A stretch of DNA of 64,000 bases from assembly GCA_032128375.1 (NCBI GenBank), contig JAQBGU010000188.1:96001-160000 (forward strand). Direction: 5' to 3'. The notes beneath the pieces were generated by a model. The model saw only the letters and a program-made list of their open reading frames with translations. It was not told the origin of the DNA and ran no database searches. Source of the DNA: Deltaproteobacteria bacterium (lineage in GTDB: Bacteria > Myxococcota_A > UBA9160 > SMWR01). The position numbers and the translations under genes are program-made. This document shows positions 9,858 through 24,535 of this stretch, in pieces; the stretch's first letter is position 1; each line of letters opens with the position of its first letter.

Positions 9858-10844
9858 TCAAGCAGAGAGGAACCGATCTGGAGAACCGCACATGCAAACG
9901 CGGCGGGCGTCGATCACCTCCAGCCGCGTTCTTGGACCGGGTATGCACACCTGTGGCTCTAGTGATGCTGCGGCGACATCAACGAATGCTCCTGAATCGG
10001 TGGGAGGGAGAGCTACGCGTTGTGCAAACGCCCGCATGCCCGCCAACCAATCGCGCGATCGTTGCCAGGGCGCAACCACGATTCGATCCACTCCGATCTC
10101 TTGCCAGCGGCGAGGGTCGTCGCAGCCATCGAGTGTGCCGCTGATCGTCACCTCGAATCGCGGATCGGACCGACCCTCCTGGTGTCGAAGTCGTTGCAAC
10201 TGAACTACACGTTCGTGTGCAGTTTTGTAGTCGTGGGCCAGTCCGTACCAGCCGTCTCCCGCTCGTGCTGCGCGCAGCAGCGCTGCGTCGGATTCACCAC
10301 CGACGTGAATCTTCGGCCACGGGCGCTGGACGGGTTTCGGCTCGAACATGACCGGATCGAAATCGAAGAACTCACCACGGTGTTCGACGACGTCCTCGCT
10401 CCAAAGCCGTTTGCAGATGGCCAACGCCTCATCGAGCCTGCGTCCGCGCGTACGCGGGTCGAGCCCGGCAGCGGTCCACTCGCTGCGCAGCCAGCCGGCC
10501 CCGATCCCGATCTCCGCGCGACCGCCGGACGCAATGTCGAGTGTCTGAATCGCCCGGGCGGAGGCGAATGGGTGGCGAAGTCCCAACAAGTACACGTTCG
10601 TACCCAGCCGAATCGTCGACGTCTTGCCGGCCAGGAAACACAGATACGAAAGCGCGTCGAATACCGGCGTCGACGGCGGTACGGGTGGCGCGTCCTGGCC
10701 CGGGTGTGGCGAACCGGACATGTCGACGGGGAAGACCAGGTGCTCCGCCATCCAGACCGACTCGAAGCCGAGGCGCTCCGCTTCCCGTGTCGCCTCGAGG
10801 TGAAATGCCGGATGAAGCCGACTGAGCGCGATCCCGTATTTCAT
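9858..10844 (-). CDS. LLM-class (probably F420-dependent) oxidoreductase
   Basis: GFESVWMAEH, IRLGTNV, LDIASGGRAEIGIGAGW, PKPVQRP.P.IHVGG motifs; ATG 10844. Confidence 0.88.
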   Translation of the reverse strand: MKYGIALSRLHPAFHLEATREAERLGFESVWMAEHLVFPVDMSGSPHPGQDAPPVPPSTPVFDALSYLCFLAGKTSTIRLGTNVYLLGLRHPFASARAIQTLDIASGGRAEIGIGAGWLRSEWTAAGLDPRTRGRRLDEALAICKRLWSEDVVEHRGEFFDFDPVMFEPKPVQRPWPKIHVGGESDAALLRAARAGDGWYGLAHDYKTAHERVVQLQRLRHQEGRSDPRFEVTISGTLDGCDDPRRWQEIGVDRIVVAPWQRSRDWLAGMRAFAQRVALPPTDSGAFVDVAAASLEPQVCIPGPRTRLEVIDARRVCMCGSPDRFLSA

Positions 10845-10866
10845 CGGCAAGGCTCGGCCAGAATAT

Positions 10867-11943
10867 CTACCAACCGGCCAGTTGCGCAGCGCGCTCGCGG
10901 TGCACAGACGGCGTACCCAAGAACGCCCGGTTGAACATGGAGCGCTTGAACCACAACTGAACGTCGCACTCCCAGGTGAAGCCGATTCCACCGTGGGCTT
11001 CCACCGCGTCGCGAGCGATCTGCATCACGCGGTCGGAGATGTGAGCCTTCGCGAGCGCAGCGGCTCGTTCCGACTCGTGCCCGATGTGGTCGAACGCGTG
11101 CGCGGCGTACCAGAAGAGTCCCCGCGACGGCTCGAGTTCGACCGCCATGTTTGCGAGTTGGTGCTTGACGGCCTGAAAGTGCTCGATCGTCACGCCGAAC
11201 TGCTCGCGCGTCTTCGCATACTTGACGCTCATGTCGACCAACCGCGATCCGCTACCAAACGCGTCTGCCGCGAGCAACACCAAAGCAGCGTCGCGCACGC
11301 GGCCCGCCTGCGCGGTTCCCTCGGGCAGTGCGTCGCACGGAGTCGATTCGAACGTAACGGCGTCGATCCGCCGAGACCGATCGACACCTTCGATCGCTTG
11401 GATCTGCAATCCGGCCGCGGTCTTTTCGACCAGAGCCAGCCCGCCTCCTGCGACACCGACCACGATCACATCCGCGATCGATGCGTATGGAACATTCAAC
11501 TTGACTCCATTGAGTGTATCCCCGCCACTGAGCGCCCAGTCTTCCGGTTGCCATGCACCGCCGGATTCACCGAACGCCAGCGTTCCGATCGCATCACCGG
11601 TGGCCAGCCGAGGCAGCCAATTTTTCTTTTGCTCGTCGCTGCCGGCGAGTTGGATCGCCAGCCCGGCGAGCACGTGACCGAAGAACGGCCCCGGTGCGCC
11701 GCCATAGCCCAAGGATTCCGCGACCAGCGCGAGGTCGATGATTTCGAGGCCCGCGCCGCCGTACTGTTCGTCGAGATGCAGCCCAGCGAGCCCGAGTTCC
11801 ACCATCCCCTTCCACAGCGATGCATCGAACCCGGTCTCGGACTCGAACACCTCGCGCAAGTGGGTGGGTGGACATTCGTTCGTCATGAACTGCCGGATCG
11901 TGTCCTGCAGAAGTTCCTGCTCTTCCGAAATATCGAAATTCAT
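10867..11943 (-). CDS. Acyl-CoA dehydrogenase (short partner subunit of heteromeric ACAD type)
   Basis: REQFGVTIEHFQAVKHQLA, HGGIGFTWE motifs. Confidence 0.9.
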   Translation of the reverse strand: MNFDISEEQELLQDTIRQFMTNECPPTHLREVFESETGFDASLWKGMVELGLAGLHLDEQYGGAGLEIIDLALVAESLGYGGAPGPFFGHVLAGLAIQLAGSDEQKKNWLPRLATGDAIGTLAFGESGGAWQPEDWALSGGDTLNGVKLNVPYASIADVIVVGVAGGGLALVEKTAAGLQIQAIEGVDRSRRIDAVTFESTPCDALPEGTAQAGRVRDAALVLLAADAFGSGSRLVDMSVKYAKTREQFGVTIEHFQAVKHQLANMAVELEPSRGLFWYAAHAFDHIGHESERAAALAKAHISDRVMQIARDAVEAHGGIGFTWECDVQLWFKRSMFNRAFLGTPSVHRERAAQLAGW

Positions 11944-11946
11944 CTG

Positions 11947-13155
11947 CTACGAGCTCCTATTCGCGGCGCTGTCCCGCGGAAGACCAAGGCCGCGCTCGCC
12001 AATCACGTTGCGCTGGATATTGGCGGTACCACCGGCCACTGCGATCCCGAGCGAGTACATGTATTGGGTGATCCACGAGCGATTGTCGCTGGGCCGATAT
12101 CCCGCTCGACTCGTTGAAGTCGGGTCGAGCAGGCCATCGTCGCCCAGCAGATCGAGCGCCAACTTGGACACCTGGTGGCTGATGTTGGTCGAATTGAGCT
12201 TGTTCATCATTTGGATGATGCCGGGGTCTTCGCCACGCGCGTTCTTGGTCATCTGGCGGTAACCCGAATACTCGTGCGCTCGGACGTATCCCTCGATCTC
12301 GGCAAGCCGTTGTCGAACCGACGGGTCTTCGATGTTGGGGCGACCGCCGCGGCTCGTCGACTTCGCGAGGTGCAAGATGCCTTGGAACATCGCACTCGAT
12401 TGCGCCGCTGCACCTATCGAGTTTCGTTCGTGCTTCAGCGTTGTTCGCGAAACCAACCAGCCTTCACCGCGTTTGCCGACAATCCAGTCCTTCGGCGTTC
12501 GGACATCGGTCAAGAAAACTTCGTTGAAGTCGGAACCCCCGGTCATCTGCTTCAGCGGACGCACATCCATTCCTTCCTGCTTCATGTCGATCAGCAGGTA
12601 CGAAATGCCGGCGTGCTTCGACGCATCGGGTTCCGTGCGCACCAGACAGAACATGTAATCTGCGTCGACGGCACCGCTCGTCCAGATCTTCTGTCCGTTG
12701 ATCACCCACTCGTCGCCGATGAGTTCGCCGCGGGTCTTCAGTGAAGCGAGATCACTCCCCGACCCCGGTTCGCTGTAGCCCTGACACCACGTGAGGTCTC
12801 CGCGGGTGGTGGGCGGGACGAACTTCTCCTTCTGCCACGCCGCGCCGCGTTCGAGCAGCGTGGGGACCAGCATCATCGTGCCGATTCCGGGCGGATCCAT
12901 CGGCGCACGGGCGCGGGTGAATTCTTCCCGAAGAATGGCCCCGCGGATCTCGTCTGCGGGCTGTTCAGAGCCGCCGTACTGCTTGGGGATCGAACGGCGC
13001 AGGTACCCCCTCGCAGTGGCGTCGTCGCGAAACTGCCCGATCTCTTCCTTCGTCGGGTAGCGATCCTTGTCGCCAGCGGGGGGCCAAGTCGAACTCAGAA
13101 AGCTCCGCACCTCTTCGCGAAACTCGTCGTACTGCTTGCCATAACTCAGGTCCAT
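11947..13155 (-). CDS. Acyl-CoA dehydrogenase (catalytic-type subunit)
   Basis: WCQGYSEPGSGSDLASL, NGQKIWTS, FNEVF, LKHER, GGTANIQRNVIGERGLGLP. Confidence 0.92.
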   Translation of the reverse strand: MDLSYGKQYDEFREEVRSFLSSTWPPAGDKDRYPTKEEIGQFRDDATARGYLRRSIPKQYGGSEQPADEIRGAILREEFTRARAPMDPPGIGTMMLVPTLLERGAAWQKEKFVPPTTRGDLTWCQGYSEPGSGSDLASLKTRGELIGDEWVINGQKIWTSGAVDADYMFCLVRTEPDASKHAGISYLLIDMKQEGMDVRPLKQMTGGSDFNEVFLTDVRTPKDWIVGKRGEGWLVSRTTLKHERNSIGAAAQSSAMFQGILHLAKSTSRGGRPNIEDPSVRQRLAEIEGYVRAHEYSGYRQMTKNARGEDPGIIQMMNKLNSTNISHQVSKLALDLLGDDGLLDPTSTSRAGYRPSDNRSWITQYMYSLGIAVAGGTANIQRNVIGERGLGLPRDSAANRSS

Positions 13156-13231
13156 CGAGATTCTCCTGAAGTGCGGGGATGCAGTTCGGGACGTCGCCCG
13201 AGCGCCCTGCCGTCGAATTTGTCATGGGGTG

Positions 13232-13256
13232 TATTGACAGTCAGCGCGTCAGTATA
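13232..13256. promoter_or_regulatory. Imperfect palindrome TATTGAC-N9-GTCAGTA overlapping a minus-strand TATACT -10-like hexamer; candidate operator of the ACAD operon
   Basis: Sequence tattgacagtcagcgcgtcagtata about 80-100 bp upstream of the ACAD start. Confidence 0.4.
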
Positions 13257-13496
13257 ACCGGTTCGAGCCGGGATTCGATCTCGCCTCGGATGCGACCTTC
13301 TGGTGGCCGTTCAGCAGTGGCCCGTCTGCGACTTCCCTTCGCGAACATTGCGTGGATCTCATGCGACCCCAGGCCCGCTAGCCCGGCGCCTCAGCGCGAA
13401 TTCTTCGCATTCTTCGTCTTCGCCCCGCTTCACTTCGTGTACCGTCGTTCGGAATGATGCACGTCGGCCACACATGAGTGACGACGGAGGTTCCTC

Positions 13497-14264
13497 ATGA
13501 GCGCTGAAGGGCGACACGAGATCAGAACAGAGAACGAAAAAGGCAGCCGAACTGAGAAACACAGCAGCGCCGTCGTTCTCTTGAGCGGTGGTTTGGATTC
13601 GACCACTACGCTGGCGATCGCGAAGCAACAGGGCTTTGACATCCATGCCATGACCTTCCGGTACGGGCAGCCGCATCAAATCGAAATCGAAGCCGCGCGG
13701 CGCGTCACCGAGCACTTCGGTGTAGTGGAGCATGTGATCGTAGATTTCGACCTGCGACTCTTCGGCGGATCTGCGCTCACCAGCGATCTCGCCATACCCA
13801 AGGGGCGCTCCATCGAAGAGATGGCTTCAGGCATCCCGATCACCTACGTCCCGGCGCGTAACACGATTTTCCTGTCCTTCGCCCTCGCGTGGGCGGAAGT
13901 CTTGAAGTGCGAAGACATCTTCATCGGTGTAAATGCATTGGACTACAGCGGCTATCCGGACTGCCGGCCGGAGTACATCGAGGCCTACCAGCAGATGGCC
14001 AACCTGGCTACGCGCGAAGGCGTAGAGGGTCGTCAACGATTGACTATCCACACGCCGCTGCTCCAACTCACGAAGGCACAGATCGTTCGCCGTGGACTCG
14101 AGCTCGGTGTCGACTACAGCCTCACCTGCACCTGCTACGACCCGTCGTCAGCGGGTGAAGCGTGTGGAGAGTGCGACGCCTGCCTGCTTCGGCTGAAGGG
14201 ATTCGCCGAGAACGGACTGCGGGATCCAGTTCGCTACCGAAAGGATCCACAGGCGTCCGCTTGA
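13497..14264 (+). CDS. queC: 7-cyano-7-deazaguanine (preQ0) synthase
   Basis: SGGLDS PP-loop, [23 protein letters not shown], zinc site TCY...CGECDAC; GGAGG SD. Confidence 0.96.
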   Translation: MSAEGRHEIRTENEKGSRTEKHSSAVVLLSGGLDSTTTLAIAKQQGFDIHAMTFRYGQPHQIEIEAARRVTEHFGVVEHVIVDFDLRLFGGSALTSDLAIPKGRSIEEMASGIPITYVPARNTIFLSFALAWAEVLKCEDIFIGVNALDYSGYPDCRPEYIEAYQQMANLATREGVEGRQRLTIHTPLLQLTKAQIVRRGLELGVDYSLTCTCYDPSSAGEACGECDACLLRLKGFAENGLRDPVRYRKDPQASA

Positions 14265-15210
14265 TTGACGACGACGCGCCCGTCCATTCCGCTGACGACG
14301 AACCTGACGACGTCGTTGATCAGGCGCTGGTGAGCCTGGCTAAGGAGCTGGCCGAGCAGCTGGCCGACCGCTATCGCATCGAACCCGAAAACGCCTATAT
14401 GTCGTTTGTCGAGTCGTGGTTGAACAATCGACCGCTGCGAGAACAAGCCGCTCGCGAATCTGATCATCGGCGCTTGAAGCGAACCCGCGCCTACAAGCAA
14501 GCAGCAGATAAGGTCAAGACGATCACCTACAACAGCCTTCGGAAATACAAACAACAAACACAACAGATGGCAGAAGGTGTGGACGCACTCGGCGAGCTTG
14601 CCAATGAAGGTGTCGACCCGAAAGACCCCCGCGCCATCGCTGCCCGCGAGCGAATCGTCGCCTCGCATGTCAGCACGCGCGAGCGACTGCCCGATCTCGA
14701 AGCTTTCCTCGCCGCGCTTTTCGAGCTGGCCCCAGAGCCGACGAGCATCCTGGATATCGGCTGCGGTCTGCAGCCCCTCCTCTACCCGTTCGAACGTGAC
14801 GGTGGTGTCACGTCGCACTACCTCGCCCTCGACAAGGACAGCTCGATCGTCGCGGCCGTCAACGGCTGGGGGCGACTCGTCGGCGGGCGGCGTCTGCAAG
14901 CGCGGCGCTGGTCTCTATCCGAGGGATTCGAAAGCGTGATCGGCCCCGAGTCCGACGGAATCTTCTCACTCGCTCTGGGCCTGAAACTGATCCCAGTGCT
15001 GGCGCGGCAGGAGCGCAACCAGTTGCCACTGTTTCGAGACATTCCCGCACGGCGTTTCCTGATCAGCGGTGCACGCGAATCGATGGTCAAACGCCGGAAC
15101 ATCGAACGGCGCGAAAGAGCCAGCCTGCTCGCCTTCGCCGACGCATTGGGCTTTCAAGTCCTCGGAACACTCGAAACTGGGAGCGAGCTGGGTCTGCTGC
15201 TGGAGACCCG

Positions 15211-15214
<4 letters not shown>
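14261..15214 (+). CDS. SAM-dependent methyltransferase, divergent member of FmrO/Sgm/ArmA/Rmt (16S rRNA m7G1405-type) family
   Basis: [35 protein letters not shown] and C-terminal GSEL match family hallmarks (HxSTxERL, LDxxCGxNPL, LxKxxPxLE, GxEL); TTG start overlaps queC TGA (TTGA). Confidence 0.78.
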
Positions 15215-19489
<4,275 letters not shown>

Positions 19490-19578
19490 CTAATCCAATG
19501 CCCACAGCCGGTCGTTGAAATTTTCTGCGGGAGCCGGGTGACGGGAGGAATGATTCAGCCGCCCGCTACAATCGACGG

Positions 19579-20952
19579 CTACAGGTCATGGTCCGCGACC
19601 GGAGGTTCCGACCGGGCCAACTCGCGGCGCAACGCATCCGCCTCGCGAGCGACTTGCTGGCCCTTCCATGAATTCAGCGGGTAAAGCTCTTCCGCGAGTT
19701 CGAGCAGTCTCAGCGCTTCTGTACGGCGCGAGTCGGCAATCATCAGCCCAGCGACGATCCGCGCCGCATCGGCGAAATGGGAATCGAGCCCGCTGGCCTG
19801 ACGCGCCCAGCCCGCAGCGAGCTGGCGCGAGACCCCGATGTTTTGGGCTTCTTCGATTCCGGCAGCGCGGAACCCCAGGTTTGCGCTGAGCGCGCCGAGG
19901 TACGCATCGATGGCGCGTCGCAGATCGATGAACGGCAACACGTTGTGCTCGATCCCACCGGGTCCGAACGATCGTGCCAGCATGGCCTGGGCGATCCGGT
20001 AGCTGCCCATGTCAAGCTTGAACGACGTGCCGGTCGGGTTCATCAACGACTCTTCCTCATCGAGCACGTGAATCGCGCCGTACAGGTGCAGCAGTTCGTG
20101 CGATAGCACGCGGCTCTGGCACGCCCCCGGTTCCATGCGAATCGCCAGTGAGCGGCCGAGCAACTCGGCGACTCCCTTTTTCCAGACACCCGGCAAGGGC
20201 GGAACCGGACGCCCGGTGATTACAGCCGCAATACCCTCCTCTGGAGGTGAAACCTTCTCTACGAAGTCGCGATACATCGCATCCAGATCGTCTGCTTGCC
20301 CGCCCGGATCGAATGCACTGATCGCGATCGGAACAAAGCGCGTCTTCAGAACTTCATCGAGTGAGTTCGACGCGGAAAGCCACGCCGTGCGCAGCGCGAA
20401 ACGCCACCCGGCGCTCGAGCGCAGCGCAGCGTCGGCGTACACATGAACCGGAACCACACGCCGCGCGCGCCAATTGGGGCTTCTCTCTCGAAGCATCAGC
20501 AGCGCCTCGAGGGCAGAAGCCGGATCCAGATCGGCGAGCCACACCGCCTTTTCGAGTAGCTCGAGCGATTCATCGAGTCGGCCGTCCTGCGCGAGCGCCT
20601 CTCCGCCACGCACGAGCGCCGCCGGATCATAGGGGTGATCCATCGCGCGGCGAATCCTCGCCTGCCGGTCGGCCAACGCGTCTCGTGGCGCGGGTCCCGA
20701 CAGTTCGGACAATCGAGCATGACTGGCCGGATGCGTCGAGTCGAGCTCCAACACATTAGTGAGCGAGCGGATTTCGGCATCGTGGTCGGCGATGCTGCGT
20801 TCAGCAGCTGCTCGGGCCAACCACGTCGCCACCGAATCCTCGTGAAGTGATTCGGCAGCGGCCAACGAACTAATCAGGGCGGCGGCGAGAGCACACATTC
20901 CAACAGAGACGGAGTGGTTATGCATATTCGAACGACTCGAAGCGGGGATCAC
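19579..20952 (-). CDS. Secreted TPR-containing metzincin-type zinc metallopeptidase (start uncertain)
   Basis: Signal-peptide-like N-terminus, helical TPR-like segments, HELLHLYGAIH (HExxHxxGxxH) followed by SLMNP Met-turn. Confidence 0.7.
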   Translation of the reverse strand: MIPASSRSNMHNHSVSVGMCALAAALISSLAAAESLHEDSVATWLARAAAERSIADHDAEIRSLTNVLELDSTHPASHARLSELSGPAPRDALADRQARIRRAMDHPYDPAALVRGGEALAQDGRLDESLELLEKAVWLADLDPASALEALLMLRERSPNWRARRVVPVHVYADAALRSSAGWRFALRTAWLSASNSLDEVLKTRFVPIAISAFDPGGQADDLDAMYRDFVEKVSPPEEGIAAVITGRPVPPLPGVWKKGVAELLGRSLAIRMEPGACQSRVLSHELLHLYGAIHVLDEEESLMNPTGTSFKLDMGSYRIAQAMLARSFGPGGIEHNVLPFIDLRRAIDAYLGALSANLGFRAAGIEEAQNIGVSRQLAAGWARQASGLDSHFADAARIVAGLMIADSRRTEALRLLELAEELYPLNSWKGQQVAREADALRRELARSEPPVADHDL

Positions 20953-23774
20953 CTTTCGGTAAGCCTTGCGAACGCGCTGTCGAGGAGTTCCGCGAGTTCG
21001 AGGCGATGAATCCGCATGGATCCGGTGGCTGGGCTCGCGCTCTCACGCCGCCCCGCATAAGCGAGCTTCTGGGTCGATCGCAGTTTCCCCTGGATCCGCT
21101 CGCGCACGAAAGTCCACGCGCCCATGTTCGCGGGCTCTTCTTGCGCCCAGGCCACCTGCGTCGCACGCGAATAGCGCCCGAACAAGGCCGTGATAGCGTC
21201 CGCCGGCCACGGATACAGCTGCTCGATTCGAATCAGCGCGACCGTCGCAGGGTCACGAAAACGCTTGGCGCGCTCCCCGAGCAGGTCGTAGTAGACCTTG
21301 CCACTGCACAGGATCACCCGCTGCACGCGATCGGAATTTTCGAGCGCGTGCGGGTCCTCGATCAGCGGCTCGAATCGTCCCCGGGCGAGCTCTTCGGCCG
21401 TTGAAACGGCCAGTGGGCTCCGCAGCAGGCTCTTGGGTGTAAAAATGACCAGTGGCGCGCGGTACGGGCGTCGCATCTGCCGGCGCAACACATGGAAGTA
21501 TTGAGCGGGCGTCGTGCAGTTGACGACCTGCAGCGCGTCGTCCGCACAGGACTGCAGAAATCGCTCGATGCGAGCACTCGAGTGTTCCGGGCCCTGCCCT
21601 TCGAACCCGTGCGGAAGCAGCACGACCAGGCCGCTCATTCGCTGCCACTTCACATGCGCCGTAAACAGGAATTGATCGAAGATCACCTGGGCGCCGTTCG
21701 CGAAATCGCCGAACTGCGCCTCCCAGATCGTCAGCGTGGTCGGGTCGGCGAGGCTGTAGCCATACTCGAAGCCGAGCACGGCGGCCTCGGACAACAGGCT
21801 GTCATACGCTTCGAAGCGCGCCTGTGTCTCCGATAGGTGATCGAGCGGGAGGTAATCCTGCTCGGTCTTCTGGTCGACGATCACGGCGTGTCGGTGGCTG
21901 AATGTTCCCCGTCGGCTGTCCTGGCCGGACAAGCGCACCGGAGTGCCCTCGACCAACAGGGACCCGAACGCAAGCGCCTCGCCCATCGCCCAGTCGATGG
22001 GTCCGCCATCGGCGACCGACTTCTGCCGGCGCTCCATCAGCTTGACGAGCTTGGGGTGCGCGTTGAAACTGCTGGGAATCGCTCCGATGCCTTCGGCGAG
22101 TCGGGACAGTTGTTCGATCGGAACGCAGGTTTCACGTTCTTCCGCATCGCAGGTCCGCTCGAAACCCGTCCAGGGACCATTGGGCTCATAGGGCTCGTCT
22201 GGGCCGGGAGGACGCGTCTCGATGACCTCCAGTGCGTGACTGAGCTGGTCGTTCAGATCGTTTTCGATGCAATCCGCATCCTCGCGCCCGATCACTCCGA
22301 GCTGGATCAACTTGTCGGTGTAGATCTGCCGGACAGAGCTCTTCTGGCGAATCTTCTCGTACAGCAACGGTTGAGTGAAGCTGGGCTCATCGCCCTCGTT
22401 GTGACCGTGGCGGCGGTAGCAGACGAGATCGATCACGACGTCCTCGCTGAATCGGCTGCGATAAAGCATTGCGAGTTTCACCACGTGTACGACCGCCTCG
22501 GGATCGTCGCCGTTCACGTGAAAGATGGGTACCTGGATCATCTTCGCGACGTCGGTGCAGTACAACGTGGAACGCGCGGCTGCCGGCGTCGTGGTGAAGC
22601 CGATCTGGTTGTCGACGACGATATGGATCGTTCCACCGTTCGAATATCCGACCAGATTCGACAAGTTCAGCGTCTCGGCGACGATTCCCTGGCCGGCGAA
22701 TGCGGCATCGCCGTGAATCAGCACAGGGATGACCTTCTCGCCACGGTTGTCGCCCGCGCGGACTTGCTTGGCCCGAGTGCGCCCTTCGACGACCGGATCG
22801 ACCGCCTCGAGGTGCGACGGATTCGCTGTCAATGACAGGTGGATCGGCTTGCCGCTGCTTGTGCGTCGATCGTTTGAATAACCCTTGTGATACTTCACAT
22901 CACCAGATCCGAAGGGGCTGTCGATCATCGGACTGTCTTCGAATTCGGAGAAGATCGATTCCAGCGACTTGCAAAGGATGTTCGACAACACGTTCAGCCG
23001 GCCACGGTGCGCCATCCCGATCACCAACTCCTGGCCACCGAATTCGGGTGCCTGCTCGACGATGGTGTCAAGTAGTGGGATCAGCGCCTCGGAACCCTCC
23101 AGCGAGAAGCGCTTCTGCCCAACGAAGCGTGCGGCGAGGAAGCGCTCGAATAGCTCCGAAGCCGCCAGCTTTCGGAGAATTCGCAGGCGCTCCGACGTAT
23201 CGAGCGTACTCGTATTCTGCGATTCCTCGATACGACTCTGAATCCACGCCTTGCGCCCCGGGTCCTGGACATGGCTGAACTCGACACCCACTTTGCGACA
23301 ATAGGTAGCCCGCAGGCGCTGTAAAATCTCGCGCAGCGTCTGGACCGCCCCGCCGGGCAAGTTGCCAGCGATGAACGATTGCTCGAGCTCTTCGGTCCCA
23401 AAACCGTAGTGGGCCGGGTCCAGCTCAGGGAAGTAGGCGTTGCTTCCGCCGAGCGGGTCGGTGTCGGCGATCCGATGCCCGCGCGAGCGGTAGGCGTGGA
23501 TCATTCGCAGCACGCGCGCGTGGCGATCGGCCAATTGGTTCGCGAGCGGGGAACGCATCGTCGCGGCTGCTTGGCCGTCGGCTACCGGCGCATCCGCTAC
23601 ACGCTCCCCGATCGGTTCGTGCGATGCGTCAAACTGCTTCGCCCAGCTCGAATCGACTGAATCTGGGTCGACCTCGTAGCGCTCGTAAATGTCCCCGACG
23701 GCCCCAGCATTGACCCCGAAGGCGCTCAGTGAATCGAAGACGGGTGATCGCTTGCGCTGAGCATTGCGTTCCAT
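20949..23774 (-). CDS. sucA: 2-oxoglutarate dehydrogenase E1 component
   Basis: KRFSLEG, GMAHRGRLN, GDVKYH, HGDAAFAGQG TPP motif, RLSGQDSRRGTFSHRH, LLPHGFEGQGPEHSSAR. Confidence 0.96.
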   Translation of the reverse strand: MERNAQRKRSPVFDSLSAFGVNAGAVGDIYERYEVDPDSVDSSWAKQFDASHEPIGERVADAPVADGQAAATMRSPLANQLADRHARVLRMIHAYRSRGHRIADTDPLGGSNAYFPELDPAHYGFGTEELEQSFIAGNLPGGAVQTLREILQRLRATYCRKVGVEFSHVQDPGRKAWIQSRIEESQNTSTLDTSERLRILRKLAASELFERFLAARFVGQKRFSLEGSEALIPLLDTIVEQAPEFGGQELVIGMAHRGRLNVLSNILCKSLESIFSEFEDSPMIDSPFGSGDVKYHKGYSNDRRTSSGKPIHLSLTANPSHLEAVDPVVEGRTRAKQVRAGDNRGEKVIPVLIHGDAAFAGQGIVAETLNLSNLVGYSNGGTIHIVVDNQIGFTTTPAAARSTLYCTDVAKMIQVPIFHVNGDDPEAVVHVVKLAMLYRSRFSEDVVIDLVCYRRHGHNEGDEPSFTQPLLYEKIRQKSSVRQIYTDKLIQLGVIGREDADCIENDLNDQLSHALEVIETRPPGPDEPYEPNGPWTGFERTCDAEERETCVPIEQLSRLAEGIGAIPSSFNAHPKLVKLMERRQKSVADGGPIDWAMGEALAFGSLLVEGTPVRLSGQDSRRGTFSHRHAVIVDQKTEQDYLPLDHLSETQARFEAYDSLLSEAAVLGFEYGYSLADPTTLTIWEAQFGDFANGAQVIFDQFLFTAHVKWQRMSGLVVLLPHGFEGQGPEHSSARIERFLQSCADDALQVVNCTTPAQYFHVLRRQMRRPYRAPLVIFTPKSLLRSPLAVSTAEELARGRFEPLIEDPHALENSDRVQRVILCSGKVYYDLLGERAKRFRDPATVALIRIEQLYPWPADAITALFGRYSRATQVAWAQEEPANMGAWTFVRERIQGKLRSTQKLAYAGRRESASPATGSMRIHRLELAELLDSAFARLTER

Positions 23775-23923
23775 CTTCCGGCCCAGAACTCCTCGACTGC
23801 GCTGCGACACCAACAGGGTGCGCAACGTCTACAGGGAACTCCTGAATCGGCGGAAGCTCGGCGGCGCTCAAGCAAAATGCCGGGATATCGACTCAACCGG
23901 CATTTCTGTGACAACAGCGGAAG

Positions 23924-24535
23924 TCAGGCTTCTGGCACCGCCATTCCGCGCTGGACCGCGGGGCGCTCGGCAATCCGCTCTACCCATGCCACCACCCGCG
24001 TCTGTGACATCAATAGCGGGATCTTCATGTTGAGCATCAAGCCTAGCCAGCCGTGGTGCATGATGTCCGCGATCGAGTACTCGCCAGCCAGAAACGGACG
24101 GCCATCCGACAGAATCCGGTCCAGCACGCCGAGTAGGCGCGTCACTTCATCGGTGAAAATTTGCAACATCTCAGCATTCTGTTCCGCTTCGGGGCGTCTC
24201 ATCTGCGAGGCCAAACGGCCCAGATTCGGCCCGATTCCGCCAGTCTGAAAAAACGCGTACTGAATGGCGTGGATGCGATCCGCCGGATCGGCCGGCAGGA
24301 GCTTTCCGTATTTCTCGGCCAGGTAGAGCAGGATTGCGCCGGATTCCCAGATCACCAGACCGTCGTCGTCGATTACCGGCACTTTGTGGTTCGGGCACAC
24401 CGCAAGGAACTCGTCGGTCGGGTGGTCCGATGCTTGAAGGTCGACCTTGATGACCTCGTACGGTACGCCGATCTCCTCGAGTGCGATCGAGGCTTTTCGT
24501 CCGTTGGGGGTAGCGGCGGTGTATAGCTTGATCAG
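23924..24535 (-). CDS. Glutathione S-transferase (YfcG/Ure2-like); probable CTG start
   Basis: In-frame extension LIKLYTAATPNGRKASIALEE upstream of ORF 23924..24400; IWESGAILLYLAEK and YSIADI motifs; AGGAG upstream of CTG at 24535. Confidence 0.88.
   Translation of the reverse strand: MIKLYTAATPNGRKASIALEEIGVPYEVIKVDLQASDHPTDEFLAVCPNHKVPVIDDDGLVIWESGAILLYLAEKYGKLLPADPADRIHAIQYAFFQTGGIGPNLGRLASQMRRPEAEQNAEMLQIFTDEVTRLLGVLDRILSDGRPFLAGEYSIADIMHHGWLGLMLNMKIPLLMSQTRVVAWVERIAERPAVQRGMAVPEA

Noticed and set aside
13234..13258. TTGACA...TATAAC as a sigma70 promoter for queC
   Set aside because: Spacer is only 13 bp; better explained as a palindromic operator or minus-strand -10
13255..13330. tRNA-like GGTTCGAGCC / GATTCGA T-loop motifs
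   Set aside because: No cloverleaf, acceptor stem or CCA could be assembled around them
23924..24400. Truncated or pseudogenised GST
   Set aside because: The missing N-terminus is present in frame up to a CTG at 24535 with a good SD
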